Shown here piece by piece: positions 25,140-38,215 of a DNA stretch of 64,000 nt. The stretch is from Haliotis cracherodii. Taxonomy: Eukaryota. The notes below the pieces were generated by a model that did not search any database, was not told the origin of the DNA, and was given only the letters and a program-made list of their open reading frames with translations. Location of the stretch: contig NW_027266343.1 in the NCBI RefSeq assembly GCF_022045235.1, forward strand, positions 16,926,001-16,990,000, read 5' to 3'. Each line of letters begins with the position of its first letter. Within the stretch, counting starts at the first letter, position 1. Both the position numbers and the translations under genes were made by a program.

Positions 25140-25349
25140 TTATGTCATAATGTTAAAGAAATTAAATTGACATTCAACCATTATCTCATCATATATATAT
25201 TTCAAATTCATATCTTATGATGAGATAATGGTTGAATGTCAATTTATATTCTTTAACATTATTACATATATTTCAAATTATGATATTCATATCTTATGAT
25301 AAGATAATGGTTGAATGTCAATTTATTTTCTTTAATATTATGACATAAA
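25140..25349. repeat. Foldback: one ~50-bp left arm and two tandem inverted right arms
   Basis: AAATTGACATTCAACCATTATCTCATCATA versus TATGATGAGATAATGGTTGAATGTCAATTT (~25217) and a near-identical copy (~25296). Confidence 0.9.
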
Positions 25350-27164
25350 CTTACGATATTGATAAGATGTGAAAGTAATACCGTTAACCTAGCTAAAAGG
25401 TAGATAATTACATTTATTATCACGTGCACCGTTTATTATAAGCAATGACGATACAATGACGGTACATCGATTAACAATTGTAATATGTTCATCAAAATGT
25501 CACAACCTTGGTCAACGCCAAGCGGAAACATTGAGGTTACAAATTCATAGAAAAAACTGAAAAAAATCACTGTAAACATAAAAACGACATTAAACGCAAA
25601 ATTAAAAGTTCGACTTTTGACATTTACAGTTAAAAATATTTCTTTTGTTAACCTGGACCTAACGTTCTCAATCTAAAATGAATTTGAAAATCATCCAATT
25701 CTGTCAAACCATAAAGTTTACATGAAATTTCATTACCTTCACACTATTAACAGACATTGGTCGGCTGCGCTAATCTATGGCTTATCGAGGGCGCCGCCCG
25801 ACTATCATACCGATAAAAACAATTTGAAAGTTATCCATATAACCCTCCATGTCACCCGCCAAGTGCCATCAATGCAGTCATCTCCTGGGACTTGGCGAGA
25901 TTGTTTGACGGCGTGTCAAACACCCAGGTACCACACGAACCCCTCCCGATGTTTGTCAATAATGAAAGCGTTTCAGACGTTAAATATCTGGAAAAGGATT
26001 GTGTAGACATAAATTTGTACACACAATCATTGTATATAATCCCCAATTGTTCAGTGTATTGATCGTTCTTAGGACACAAGTGGTTTGAATAGTTTTTTTC
26101 GTAGCTGGGAGTCGAAGTCTGGAATGACAGATTAATATAAATACAAATAGTGTTTCCCTTGAGAACTGTTTGACAGATATAAATCCATGTATCATAATTA
26201 TTGCAATGTTTGGTTCGTAATGGATTTGAATGAATGGTATGTGACGCTTTAAAGCAACGCAAAGATTAAGGTCTTTTTACTTGATCGGGGCAACCATGGT
26301 TTCAGTGAAACATTTGAATACTGTTTCGACATAAGCAGAAACACTGACAATCTCTTCTTTGGGTTCCAAACCGAAAGCATAGCTTTTTAATAACAATAAT
26401 CTTCTGTCATATTTGTGTGTTTCACGTGGGTTCTAGGTGGGTTGCACGTCTGTGACCTGCCGCACTTTGGGCTTCTCTACTGCATAAGTCAAGCTGTGAA
26501 ACTTGAACCCCAACTAACTCACTCACCGCTGTCAGCTGGCGTTATGACGATCTTAAGGTGAACATTGACACACTGATATATTTGTTATGTCCGAACATAA
26601 CATTAATAACCATGACACAGAAATAACCTTTGGCATAACTATTATTTCGCTTTATGCAGTTTACTTGCAAAGGGATAAACAATTTACTTTGTATCATATT
26701 GATAAATTCAAACTATCTTATGTTTGGATGAACATTTTAATACATGCCGTTAAACTAAGCAAAGTGTAATGGTATGGTGGGACATTGGACTATTTTTGTT
26801 TTAAATGCCTTTGTTTTCTTCTCGTCCATCAATCGAGAAGAATGAGAGATGGAGGTTTTACGTCTCACTGAGCAATAATACGGTAATATCTCAAATAATG
26901 TGTCTCACATATGCTACTCAAAAGAAGTTAAGGAACACATGGATTTTTCATATTACTATAGTTAATCTGTGAATTAGGATATAGATGTCACACTATCATA
27001 CCTTGCACAAGACACTAATATTATACTGCCTAATACAAAATGGAAATAATATTTACTGCGTCTTTCCCACATGTCAACATTGTACACATTGTACACACTG
27101 ACTGAAACAAAATCATGAACATCGACGTTTTATAGCAAACTACATAACTCCGGGCTGTCGTGGG

Positions 27165-27285
27165 TTTACTACTACATCTACTACTACTGATGCTGCCGCT
27201 ACTGCCACTGCTACTGATGCTGCTGCTGCTACTACTACTATTACCCCTACTACTTCTACCACTACTTCTACTACTACTACAACTG

Positions 27286-27331
<46 letters not shown>
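27165..27331. repeat. Compound (CTA)n/(CTG)n/(AAT)n microsatellite
   Basis: Read directly. Confidence 0.95.
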
Positions 27332-27332
<1 letters not shown>

Positions 27333-27420
27333 TGGCAAGATTGAGAAAACATATGGCAAATAGGCAGACCTTTCGCTTTCGAAATGTCACGCTTGCATCC
27401 CAAGTACTATGTTGTTCGAC

Positions 27421-27730
27421 TCCCCATTGTTCTCGGTGCCTTAGGTTTGGTACCTCCTAATCTGGAAGAGTACCCGGGTTCGCTACCAGGAATACAGCCC
27501 TTCTGACAATCCGTGTAATGCAGAAGTCTGCAGTGTTGGGGAGTCCTCACATTCTCCGAAAAATTCTGGGTGGGTTTGACTAGGCAGCGCTTCCTGGGAG
27601 AGGTCCCATTCGCTGTATGGGCTGCGTGTAGAGTGGGCAAGGACCCTGAGCTGATGATGAGCCTAACCAGCCAGACTGTGCCAGGATAACCCAAACTCTC
27701 TTTGCTGCATTTTTCTATTTTAATCTGTAC
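27421..27730 (+). mobile_element. 3' fragment of an R4/Dong-like (RLE) non-LTR retrotransposon
   Basis: Translates with one frameshift as PIVLGALGLVPPNLEEY...MQKSAVLGSPHILRKILGGFD* (TAG at 27581), resembling the C-terminus of R4-clade ORFs. Second copy at 51060-51366. Confidence 0.7.
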
Positions 27731-28100
27731 ATAATGATTATAAAGATGATTAACTGGTTTATTCATCTACCAGTACGCATACAGTTTCGGGCTTTGTTTA
27801 CACTCTCCGGATGGTTATAGTATATCATAGTCACTTCCAATTCAGTATAAATACATCCGCCAGGAAATCGTAACGCATAATGCATAATGGGGCGGAAGGA
27901 TTCTAATAGAAGTATCTCATGCATCCTGTTCTTATTATACGTGTGAGGATTCACTAACACCCTGACTGCTGAATGGCCATTTTCGTGGGAAAGACTAGTG
28001 GATGTATTCGAAATCATATCTTTGTAAAACCATATTTTCTCTAAAATAACTGCGATCTTCCAATAAATGGACAAAGGACACAACTACCACCTTGTTTGAC

Positions 28101-29240
28101 ACCGTGTTGGCAATGTCCAGGATGCATATGATAAAAGTTCCAATACATACATACATACATACATACATACATACATACATACATACATGGGGAATATCTA
28201 AGTAAATAGCATACNNNNNNNNNNNNNNNNNNNNNNNNNNNNNNNNNNNNNNNNNNNNNNNNNNNNNNNNNNNNNNNNNNNNNNNNNNNNNNNNNNNNNN
28301 NNNNNNNNNNNNNNNNNNNNNNNNNNNNNNNNNNNNNNNNNNNNNNNNNNNNNNNNNNNNNNNNNNNNNNNNNNNNNNNNNNNNNNNNNNNNNNNNNNNN
28401 NNNNNNNNNNNAAATAGCATACNNNNNNNNNNNNNNNNNNNNNNNNNNNNNNNNNNNNNNNNNNNNNNNNNNNNNNNNNNNNNNNNNNNNNNNNNNNNNN
28501 NNNNNNNNNNNNNNNNNNNNNNNNNNNNNNNNNNNNNNNNNNNNNNNNNNNNNNNNNNNNNNNNNNNNNNNNNNNNNNNNNNNNNNNNNNNNNNNNNNNN
28601 NNNNNNNNNNNNNNNNNNNNNNNNNNNNNNNNNNNNNNNNNNNNNNNNNNNNGGGAATATCTTAGTAAATAGCATACTACCGTGTTGGCAATGTCCAGGA
28701 TGCATATGATAAAAGTTCCAATACATACATACATACATACATACATACATACATACATACATACATACATACATACATACATACATACATACATGGGAAA
28801 TATCTAAGTAAATAGCNNNNNNNNNNNNNNNNNNNNNNNNNNNNNNNNNNNNNNNNNNNNNNNNNNNNNNNNNNNNNNNNNNNNNNNNNNNNNNNNNNNN
28901 NNNNNNNNNNNNNNNNNNNNNNNNNNNNNNNNNNNNNNNNNNNNNNNNNNNNNNNNNNNNNNNNNNNNNNNNNNNNNGTAAATAGCATACTACTATGGCT
29001 TCTCATAAAGTGTACACACAAATAGTTCTTTACACACGAGCTCGACATACACAGCAGTAGTCTATTGAAGTTGGTAGAATATATGGATTTTTTTTAATAA
29101 TCAATGTATGAACTACCGTCTTAAATCCTCTTTGATATATACGTAATCGGCTTTCAACAAAACCGTTTTGTCCCAATCGCGGAATGGATGCGCACGCTCC
29201 TTTCGCCGACCGTGTGTGCCTCCTTCTGTACCGAATGATC
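28101..29240. mobile_element. Composite repeat: tandem units containing (CATA)n followed by a ~260-bp dispersed segment; interrupted by N runs
   Basis: The unit CCGTGTTGGCAATGTCCAGG...(TACA)n...GGGAATATCTAAGTAAATAGC occurs near 28101 and 28680. 28978-29240 matches 46374-46620. Confidence 0.6.
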
Positions 29241-32200
29241 ACTGTCGGGTATCACATGGCGTGTGGTATGTTCTTGTTGTCGGTATAAGATTAGTCTCAG
29301 CGAGGTATGAAAACAGGAGATATTGTCAACAGTATCATAAACACTTGCCATCTCCTGCATTTCTTTGGATTCATTTTTATCAACGTGTTGTTTATACCAG
29401 TAACTTGACTTTAGGTCAGTCCGTCCTTTCGGTTCAATAAGTTACAAAAGGACGCATAATGATATGCATAATCAATAGGAAGCCATTATGTCGTACTGAC
29501 AGTGTGTAATCTCCTTTAACAATTTACCAATACATAATGAGATCTAAGGTGAATTTCATATGAATTAACTTTTTAACAGACTAATTGCATATTTAGACGC
29601 TGGATCACATATTGCAAAAAGCCCGAGGCACAAGAAATACGTGCTAGGCCATAAAGACAGTAGTTATATACCCTTCTCGTGTTAATAATGCATATTGTGT
29701 TGACATATGTTTAAAGCAACCTTTTTTAAACCGAGTTCTGTATTCCTGTTGTTTAAACGGTTGACAAGCATAATGTAAATCGATAATGACTCGAACTGAG
29801 CAACTCATTAATGACAACATAATTACTTTATGAATATACATTAGTTTACACGGCAGCGTGGTCTATCGGGTTTAAGTGTTAGAATGATGGACATGCATTT
29901 AATATCAACAAAGGGTATATAGAAGTACTGCCGGAATTGCCAGACCCAAGAGAATAACTTGCAAAAGGAGTCCAACTCAAGTCTAGAATGATTTGGCAAG
30001 ACTAGATTGCCCCAGCACTTGGCCTAAAATTAAGGATTGTTCTCAGCTCCATTTGGATTTTTGGATTTTTTATTTTGTAGTTATATGTTTATTAATAAGA
30101 TAACTTTATTTCTGGGTCTAAATGGCAGTATATTGCCAGTACTGCAAGTCATGTTAATACTACCATACGTTTTTTCAATTCCCCAACAAAACGATACACT
30201 GTCGTGGCCTCTTTTCATATAAAAGCGGTATTTGTAAGAACAGATAAAGAACACAATAGCCACCTTGCCTTACACCAATTTGGCAAAATAACGTAATGGA
30301 GACGCATACGTAATCGGATTAACTCTGGTACAAGATTGAGTCCATTTAACTACTTGTTGTGTCCAACAATGTCCACTTGAACCTTATCATGGTCTTGAAT
30401 TCAAACAGTGGTCATCGGTCTGCGGACACGTGAATTGCATGCCTGACCAACATGGCAAAACAAGAACGTTACCTGCGATGACTGGACCCGTATCTCGAGA
30501 CATCGGTGACTCGTGGCCACATGGCTAAATAGGTAAACAGTGTGGGGCTTGCTTTATTAACTATCAGCAGGTCGGTGATGTTATACAAAACGTAGCGATA
30601 AACTCGACAAATTCACAAATTTAACATTGTTTGATTGTTACATGAAACTGTCTTTCATGTAGACGTGCACTATGACGCAAAAACCCGAATGTTTATCTCA
30701 CGTGGTGATTTGGGGCCCCAGTCCGCTTTTTTCTTACCCATATTTTGATTCTACTGCAATGTCTTACCTATTTGACAATGAAAGATTCCTCTCGTAAATT
30801 GGTAGTTACTTTATCATAGACCAGTTAATGGCTGTCTATCCATGTTGGATAGACATGTTGTCATAGAATCTGGTTTGTAACTAATCAACATGGGCATACA
30901 TATAGGAAATGCTTATTTGGCAATGAAGAATAATTTATCATGACATATGACTCATGTCGGTGTCAATTATCATGAAGGAAGATGTTTATACCTCGTCAAA
31001 TAGAAAACAATCACGATTTCAGAACACAATGTAAAACAATAGGAATAAAGAGATAATTTAAGATAATTCAAATATTGGTCAGTCGAATGTTTTTGCATAA
31101 AGGAATCATTCAAGTATAACAACCATCACTATCATACCAACCATCACTTTGAATACATTTGGTTTCTGTATTCAATACATGCGGGTATTTGTTAGCAAAC
31201 ATTATGTTAAAAAGTGAACAGTCAACGCTCACATTCGTTTATTGCCAACGTTGAACGAGGCGTTGGGTATAAATCAAGTATCCAGGGTGATGTTTCTGGT
31301 CGATACGTTGAACGTATCTTAAGTTTACCTTACGAATTTCAACACTGGTAAAGTCATCTGTGGCGTCGTTAGTAGTGTGCACATGACACAGAACACATAT
31401 ATGGATGCTAAATCGTTCAATTGCAAGGCATGGGTTTGTTTTATACAGAAGCTGTTTGCTTCTTATGCTAATCGTGTTTACTAACACTCTTAGCATGTCA
31501 CGAAATTAAGATGTAATTTATTATACATAACTCTTGACCCATTTTATGGCGTCTGATAACCCTAAATGTTGGAATAGGGAAATATGTCACGTTTGCGATT
31601 ATTGCACTGTAGTAGTTTGTAGCTAATTATAAGCAACCTAAACCTATTGATATTCTGGTATATAATATATATAAAATATCCGAAGAAAAAAACTAAACTG
31701 CCGGGCAAACTTTACATATGAAAATTGGATTTGAGCAAAAATTTACAAACATTATCAAAACGTTACTAAGCTGAAAAAAGTCGCTGAAACACTGCAAACT
31801 TATGGTCCAGTACGCATCTATGATATCCGTATCAAATATGTCACCATCGAAAAAACATTTCTTGTTTGTTTCATTTTAACCATTATCAAAAATGGATGTG
31901 TACTCTCGTTTGCCCGGCCTTTTGTATTTGGAATTACATTGCAGTGAGGGGACATCGTAATAATCAACGACAAAATGTGTTTTACCTGATCGCTGTATGT
32001 ATACATTTAATATCAAACTAAAGATTTTAGGGGTGAAATAAATTGATGCCTAATAAGGTTGGGCTCAGAAGATTGTGTAGATATGTATTATCTGTTAAAC
32101 ATTGTTCAGTGTTACGGTTCTCTGTACTATTTGTTCATATATAAGTAAATCTTGCTCTATGTTCGAATTCTTTTGCATTGGTAGAGTAGACTTATATACA

Positions 32201-35200
32201 TTTTGAATATGAAATACCTAAATCATTTCTTCATCAAGGGAAATTTAACGTTTGCAAATATTAATGGCGTTTTGTAAAACATACGTTACTGTATACCGTT
32301 GAAATATATCTGTGTTCTTTTTTCACATAATAAATTCGAGATTGGCATAATATGGCCTAATATCAACGACAAAAGGGTGACATGAAATAAAAGTACTGAG
32401 AAACTACGCGTGCTAAATATAATAAAATCACTGTATGTGCTTACAATCTCAAAAGGAATTGTTAGAAATAATAATACTTATTCGAATTAAATCATGCCGA
32501 AAATAGAATAAACAATTATGAACAGGACCAACCGAAGAGACCGGCAGTGGGGTGAATTTTCTGGCACAAGTAATCAGTGTTCGAGTCAAATACGAACGAT
32601 AAAGAGCTGTATAATTTTGGATTGAATTTTTTTCAAGGGCTATCAAGAGCCTTGTGCAACTCACGTTTTAAATAGATTTATCACAATTCGAAATGATGGT
32701 TTGCAAATTTGTCTAATACGCAAGGAATTACTACAGTCCACAGTCCTCGATTGGGCTGTGTTTGCTGTTTATGTGCAATCGGAGATGCTTTCATACAGGT
32801 CCTGATAAGGCACTAGACCCAAAGCAAAGTCAGACAATTTTGTCAAACAATTGTTGGTTGAACGAGGTGTTGGGTGTCACTTCAAAGGAAATGTTATGAA
32901 ATCAACACAAAATAAACATATCTTTAATAACTCAATATTATGAGCAGTTGAGAGGTTGTCTGGACGTTTAATGGATAAAGTGAATGGGATGGGACACCTG
33001 TATTAAAATGATATCTACCCGTATCTGATTTTGTGATATATTGTCGATTTCGTGTGCATGCATATATTATAGATATTCCCCATCTATGTTCAAACTGTGT
33101 GTGGTGAATTAAACAAGTTAAGGTTTTACAAAGCAGTTTGTGTTTTATGTTTACATGGTTAAAAAGACATATGATATTGAGAGAAATAATACCAGGGACC
33201 ATCAACTTAGGTGGAATACTGATTCATTTTTATATTTTCACCAATATTACATTACAAGTTATTTTGTCATTTATTCTGAAAAATGTTTTTGAATAGATAG
33301 TTTCATTCATCGAATCTGCATGTTATGTAGTTCATATTTGCAGTGGAGTCTATATTCGGGTTTCTATCTGTATATCGTCGTCATTTCTCTAAGTATTTCA
33401 ATATAGATTCTAAAGAAAAAAGCACTGCCACATGCGTTCAAATTGACAATTCCTCACTTAAACGTCTTAACTTTCAGGAATTGTAGAAATAAAATATTTT
33501 GGACATAATATCAGCTGACATTTTAATTATATATTAATGTTATCATATAATTCTTATCTTCAAAATATTAAATCCAAGTTGTGAATGTTTAGACAAAAAG
33601 AGGTATTTATCATTTGCATATGTAATGCAGGCAAAATATAATCACATAAGTTTTAGGTGTATAACGAAATAGAATATGCAGTATAAAAATCGATGGAACA
33701 GATAATATCATTTTACTTTAAGGAACTATTAAGTTCCACCTCATCATATTGTGTTCATTGACCTCCCTACACACAAATGCACCTTCTAGTGTTAAAAATC
33801 GCAGATTTAATATCAAGATTTCGCTGTGGGAAATTTTTATGTGTCCTTGCTCTGAAATTAATCTCTTATCACTTTGGTGTGAAAAGCAATTTAGCCGGAT
33901 TTATTTTACGATCGTGCCCGTAAAATAGCGTTATGCGTTGCTTTTCTCTTATTCTTAAAGCTGATATCAAAGACATACCCTGAATTATGAGCTTTGTAGC
34001 AAATGAAAGAGTATTTGGAACCCCTATTACCAGAAAGGGGTGTTTGGGGTTAGAACTTAGAATCAGATTGAGGAACGCGCAAGGATCAGAGCAAGGCTAT
34101 AGAGTGTTGGGGGAGATGAAATTTTATATGCCTTTTCAATTTGCTGGGTGGTTGCTTTTGAGCACAGAGCCGTTTTTCAACCAAGCTATTTTTTAGCTCT
34201 TTGTTGTTATTAAAGTTCTCTTCAATAACGATAACATGGTTATGAAAAATACATATATGAACATTAGGATGGAAATGGATAGTTCAAAATGGAAGAATAT
34301 ATACCTTTGGGGTGGATGATGGTCTTTGATATGCCATAGTGGGGGATTCAAGTAGATTGTGAATGCAACATTTAAGATTTCTTAATTATGATTAATAAAT
34401 TGCATACCGTAAACGGTGATAAATGTAGTTTAAAATATAGATATAATGACTTTAGAAAATATATTATTATTGGAAATAGCTTCATATAATTATTCATGTA
34501 GTGTAGATGAACATTACATATTGGCGAACTCCACGAGTCTGTTTCAGGTACATTTTTAATAGCTTACTTTACATAACAGCAAAATGATCAAACATTGTTC
34601 GATTATGTCTCCTTGATAAAAAAAAGTCACTACATAAAGTCGTGGTCGGATCACACACTACCCGAGACATTATGCTGTTTTCTCTATGAAACCAGTTACG
34701 TCTATATAAATTCAACCGAATGAATAAATATATACAGAGAGTGACTATTTGATCACAAAAAAGTACATGAGATATTTCACAAAGACGTGGGATGATTTAC
34801 ATAACATGCATAGAAAAAACGGGCAAATAAAACACCGGTATGACCTACATTGGAATATATATTGCTCTTGGGGTGGATCGTGACACGCATAAAATATGTC
34901 TTTCTCAGGGTTCAGATTTGTCATACTTGTTTGCTCAGGTTATATAGCAAATATGAGAAAGTAGTCAGGTAGATCCTGTGGTTTAACGGGCATTTCAGGA
35001 TTTCGAATATGTATGTACACCTATGACCATCTTGAGGAGGTTATTTTGTCAAGGTATTTCCGTAAACACATCACGCCGCATTGTCGTGTGATGTGTTCAG
35101 TTATCAGAAACCCCGACACCTTCTTCCTTGTTTTAAGGGTACATTGTGTGCATGAAGTGATTATATCCGCATACAGTGTTAGTATATGTGGTACACATCG

Positions 35201-35236
35201 GTGAGGATGTTCGCAGGTTAACGAAATTGAACTCAC

Positions 35237-35744
35237 CTTTTGAAAACGCATGATGTCTCCCGTCCAACAAGGCATACTCGTGAGCACGATATGGAGGAAA
35301 GGGGTACATTTGACTGAGCAGAGTTCCGTTGTAAGCCATTGGCGTTGTGAGGTAACTGTGTGATAGGAGGGAAGGGTCATACACTGCCACGGGCTTGTAT
35401 AAGTTCGGAGGTGCAATTGTATGTGAAATTGGACTAGATTGCAGAGCAACTGGGTTGATAGGCGTAGGTCTTGCTGGTGCAGAGTTCGACACAGATGAAC
35501 CAGTCGTATTGCCTAAAATGTCATCAATTCGGAACGATGTCTGTCCCCCTGGTGAAGTGTTGCCGTGGTGTTGTACCCCCGGGGGTGATGTCTGTAGGGT
35601 TGGGTACAGCGTTGACAGCCCCCCTGGAAGGATATGGTGATGATGCTGCGCAAGAGGATGCATCATGGCGACGTTGGCAAATGTCGTCTGCAAGTGTCGT
35701 CTGCTTCCGTACGAATTTCCAGGGGAAATATTTTCATTAAACAT
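35237..35744 (-). CDS. Hhex: Hhex/Hex (PRH) homeobox protein, coding exon 1 (Pro/His-rich N-terminus with eh1 motif)
   Basis: ATG at 35744; an alternative in-frame start is MM at 35666. Encodes TSFRIDDILG (eh1, cf. vertebrate HHEX TPFYIEDILG) and RPTPINP. Ends at the donor AAG|GTGAGT. 508 nt, phase 1, in frame with exon 2. Confidence 0.9.
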
Positions 35745-35999
35745 TCACTGAAGTATGTGCCAAAGACGATCCAGATACACAAAAGCACGTTTTGAACGGC
35801 CAAGGCAATCACTGAAATGAAATCAAATAATACAGTTCACTCCATTGTTCTACGAACATCGCTCATTAAATTATGTCGCTTAACTGCTCACAATACCCGT
35901 TATATCTTCTACTCCTAAATTTCCGTGTTATTAAAGGCCCTTAAGTGACTACATCTCGTCACATGTCGAGACGAAGCCACCACACGGAGGTGGGAGTGG

Positions 36000-36300
36000 C
36001 GATTCGACGCTATCACTGTGAAGTGCTATCGGTAGATGCTTATAGGTCAGCTCGAATAATTAATGGCATCTACCCATGTTCGTTTACCAGGACCTGATTG
36101 ATGACATACTTTGACATGGACCCCTCACACCCCTGACACTTCAAATATGGACTCTCCCCAAGAGGAAAGGAGCCCGTCGTCAGTAACTGCCCAATTCGTA
36201 TAAGAAGTGGGCGGATCCAACAAGCATCAATCACGCTATAGAAAGTTTTCAACTGTTCCGCTGCTTATTGCCACGCCCCCTGTTTAAGATAAGCTGAAAT
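36000..36300 (-). promoter_or_regulatory. Candidate Hhex core/proximal promoter
   Basis: Minus-strand CTATAAG at 36039-36045, Sp/KLF box CCACGCCCCC at 36271-36280, GATA site AGATAAG near 36287 and GGGCGG near 36210, all 0.3-0.55 kb upstream of the ATG. Confidence 0.35.
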
Positions 36301-37164
36301 CAGCAGTGGGATACCTACAGTGTTTTGTTAAGCTTACTTGTTAACCACATCCAACACGGACGCCTAAGTCGTTCACTCGCTAAGGGTTTCTTATATAACT
36401 GTGTACACTACTAAACTTGGAGCAATTTCGGACAAACATTCAACAACCCAAAGTACATTAGGTGGTAGGTTTTCAAGGTTACCTTGTATTAAGTACGGTT
36501 GAGGAGGTTAATGAAGGGATATTTATAATAGAATGAACGTTTAGGGATAGAACATAGAAGAAGGTAATATTGTGGTCGTTCTGGACATTTTTTAAACAAC
36601 TTAAGATTAACGCATGCATTTTTTATTTAATTGCTGAAAGTTGTCCAGTGTACAGCATGGAGATGATCTGCGGGTGGACAGTGTACATTAAAGTGATTGG
36701 TATGTAGGACAACACCATTATAAAGTTTGGCATAGAGTGCATAGTACCTTCTTAATGGGTGTTAATGTTAAATGGCACATAGTCTCGAGCACTTGCTTTT
36801 TCTGCTTGTAAAATAAGCATATCTGTATGAGTAAAATTTGAACATGGGATATTTTCAAAATGGTGACAAAAATCATCAGCTGCATTGATTTAGAAGAAAG
36901 AAAGTTCTATGGATGAACAACTTCTTTATTGCAATTAAATGCCACTGAAAGAAGTTGCATTAATTTAGTTAAACTAATTAAGAAATTAGAGACAATATAT
37001 ACTTCTATATTCCTTTTTTATAACCAATAATTCTTATATAGATGGAGCGAATTTCAACTGCTTGGATTGAGAATCCTAGTATGTATATCCGATATAGATA
37101 TCAGATTTCTGACAGAGGATGTTAAATGTCTCATGTTTCACACATCAGATTTTTTTTTAAATAT

Positions 37165-38215
37165 AATACGTGTACATATTATTGTGTAATATGATGCGTA
37201 CAACGTGTACCTATGTGTCATGTATATGATGCGTACCACGTGTACATATGTTTCATGTATATCATGCGTACGTGTACATATGTGTCATGTATATGATGTG
37301 TACGTGTACATATGTGCCATGTATATGATGCGTACAACGTGTACATATGTGTCATGTATATGATGCGTACAACGAGTACATATGTGCCATGTATATGATG
37401 CGTACAACGAGTGCATATGTGCCATGTATATGATGCGTACAACGAGTACATATGTGCCATGTATATGATGCGTACAACGTGTACATATGTGCCATGTATA
37501 TGATGCGTACAACGAGTACATATGTGTCATGTATATGATGCGTACAACGTGTACATATGTGTCATGTATATGATGCGTACAACGTGTACATATGTGTCAT
37601 GTATATGATGCGTACAACGTGTACATATGTGTCATGTATATGATGCGTACAACGTGTACATGTGTGTCATGTATATGATGCGTACAACGTGTACATATGT
37701 GTCATGTATATGATGCGTACAACGTGTACATATGTGTCATGTATATGATGCGTACAACGTGTACATATGTGCCATGTATATGATGCGTACAACGTGTACA
37801 TATGTGTCATGTATATGATGCGTACAACGAGTACATGTGTGTCATGTATGTGATCCGTACCACGTATGCATATGATTGTGCCATGTACAACACGAATACC
37901 ATTAATACCATGTGCATCGCATCTGCATATGTGTCATGTCATGTATATGATGCGTACCATGTGTACGCTTGTCATATATATGATGTGTACCATGTGTGCA
38001 AATGTGACATATATATGATGCATACCATGTGATTAATGTGTCATGTATATGATGCGTACCGTGTGTTCATATGACTTTGTCGTGTATATAATGCGTATAT
38101 TTTTACCACGTGTTAAGATATATATATATATATAGTGCGTACCATGTGTACGAATGTTAGGTATATCATGCGTATCATGTACATATGTGTCATGTATATG
38201 ATGCATGTCGTAATT
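37165..38215. repeat. 35-bp minisatellite, homogeneous core with decayed edges
   Basis: Unit GTGTCATGTATATGATGCGTACAACGTGTACATAT; period 35 (37321, 37356). Confidence 0.95.

Noticed and set aside
27030-27403. Signal-peptide-like poly-Leu/Ile/Ser ORFs
   Set aside because: Translations of trinucleotide microsatellites.
27640-27700. Hammerhead ribozyme suggested by CTGATGA...GAAAC in the R4-like 3' UTR
   Set aside because: No stem II closing directly between CTGATGA and GAAA, and copy 1 has CCAAAC instead of GAAAC.
27995-29048. Long ORFs containing X runs (also 45821-46451 and 50472-51062)
   Set aside because: Artefacts of N runs and the (CATA)n microsatellite.
35133-35236. C-terminal part of the 203-aa ORF (EFNFVNLRT...)
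   Set aside because: Read-through into intron 1 past the strong GTGAGT donor at 35236.
35300-35620. eIF4E-binding YXXXXL-phi motif known from vertebrate PRH
   Set aside because: The closest matches (YDPSLLS, YNGTLLS, YPTLQTS) lack the final hydrophobic residue or the Leu.
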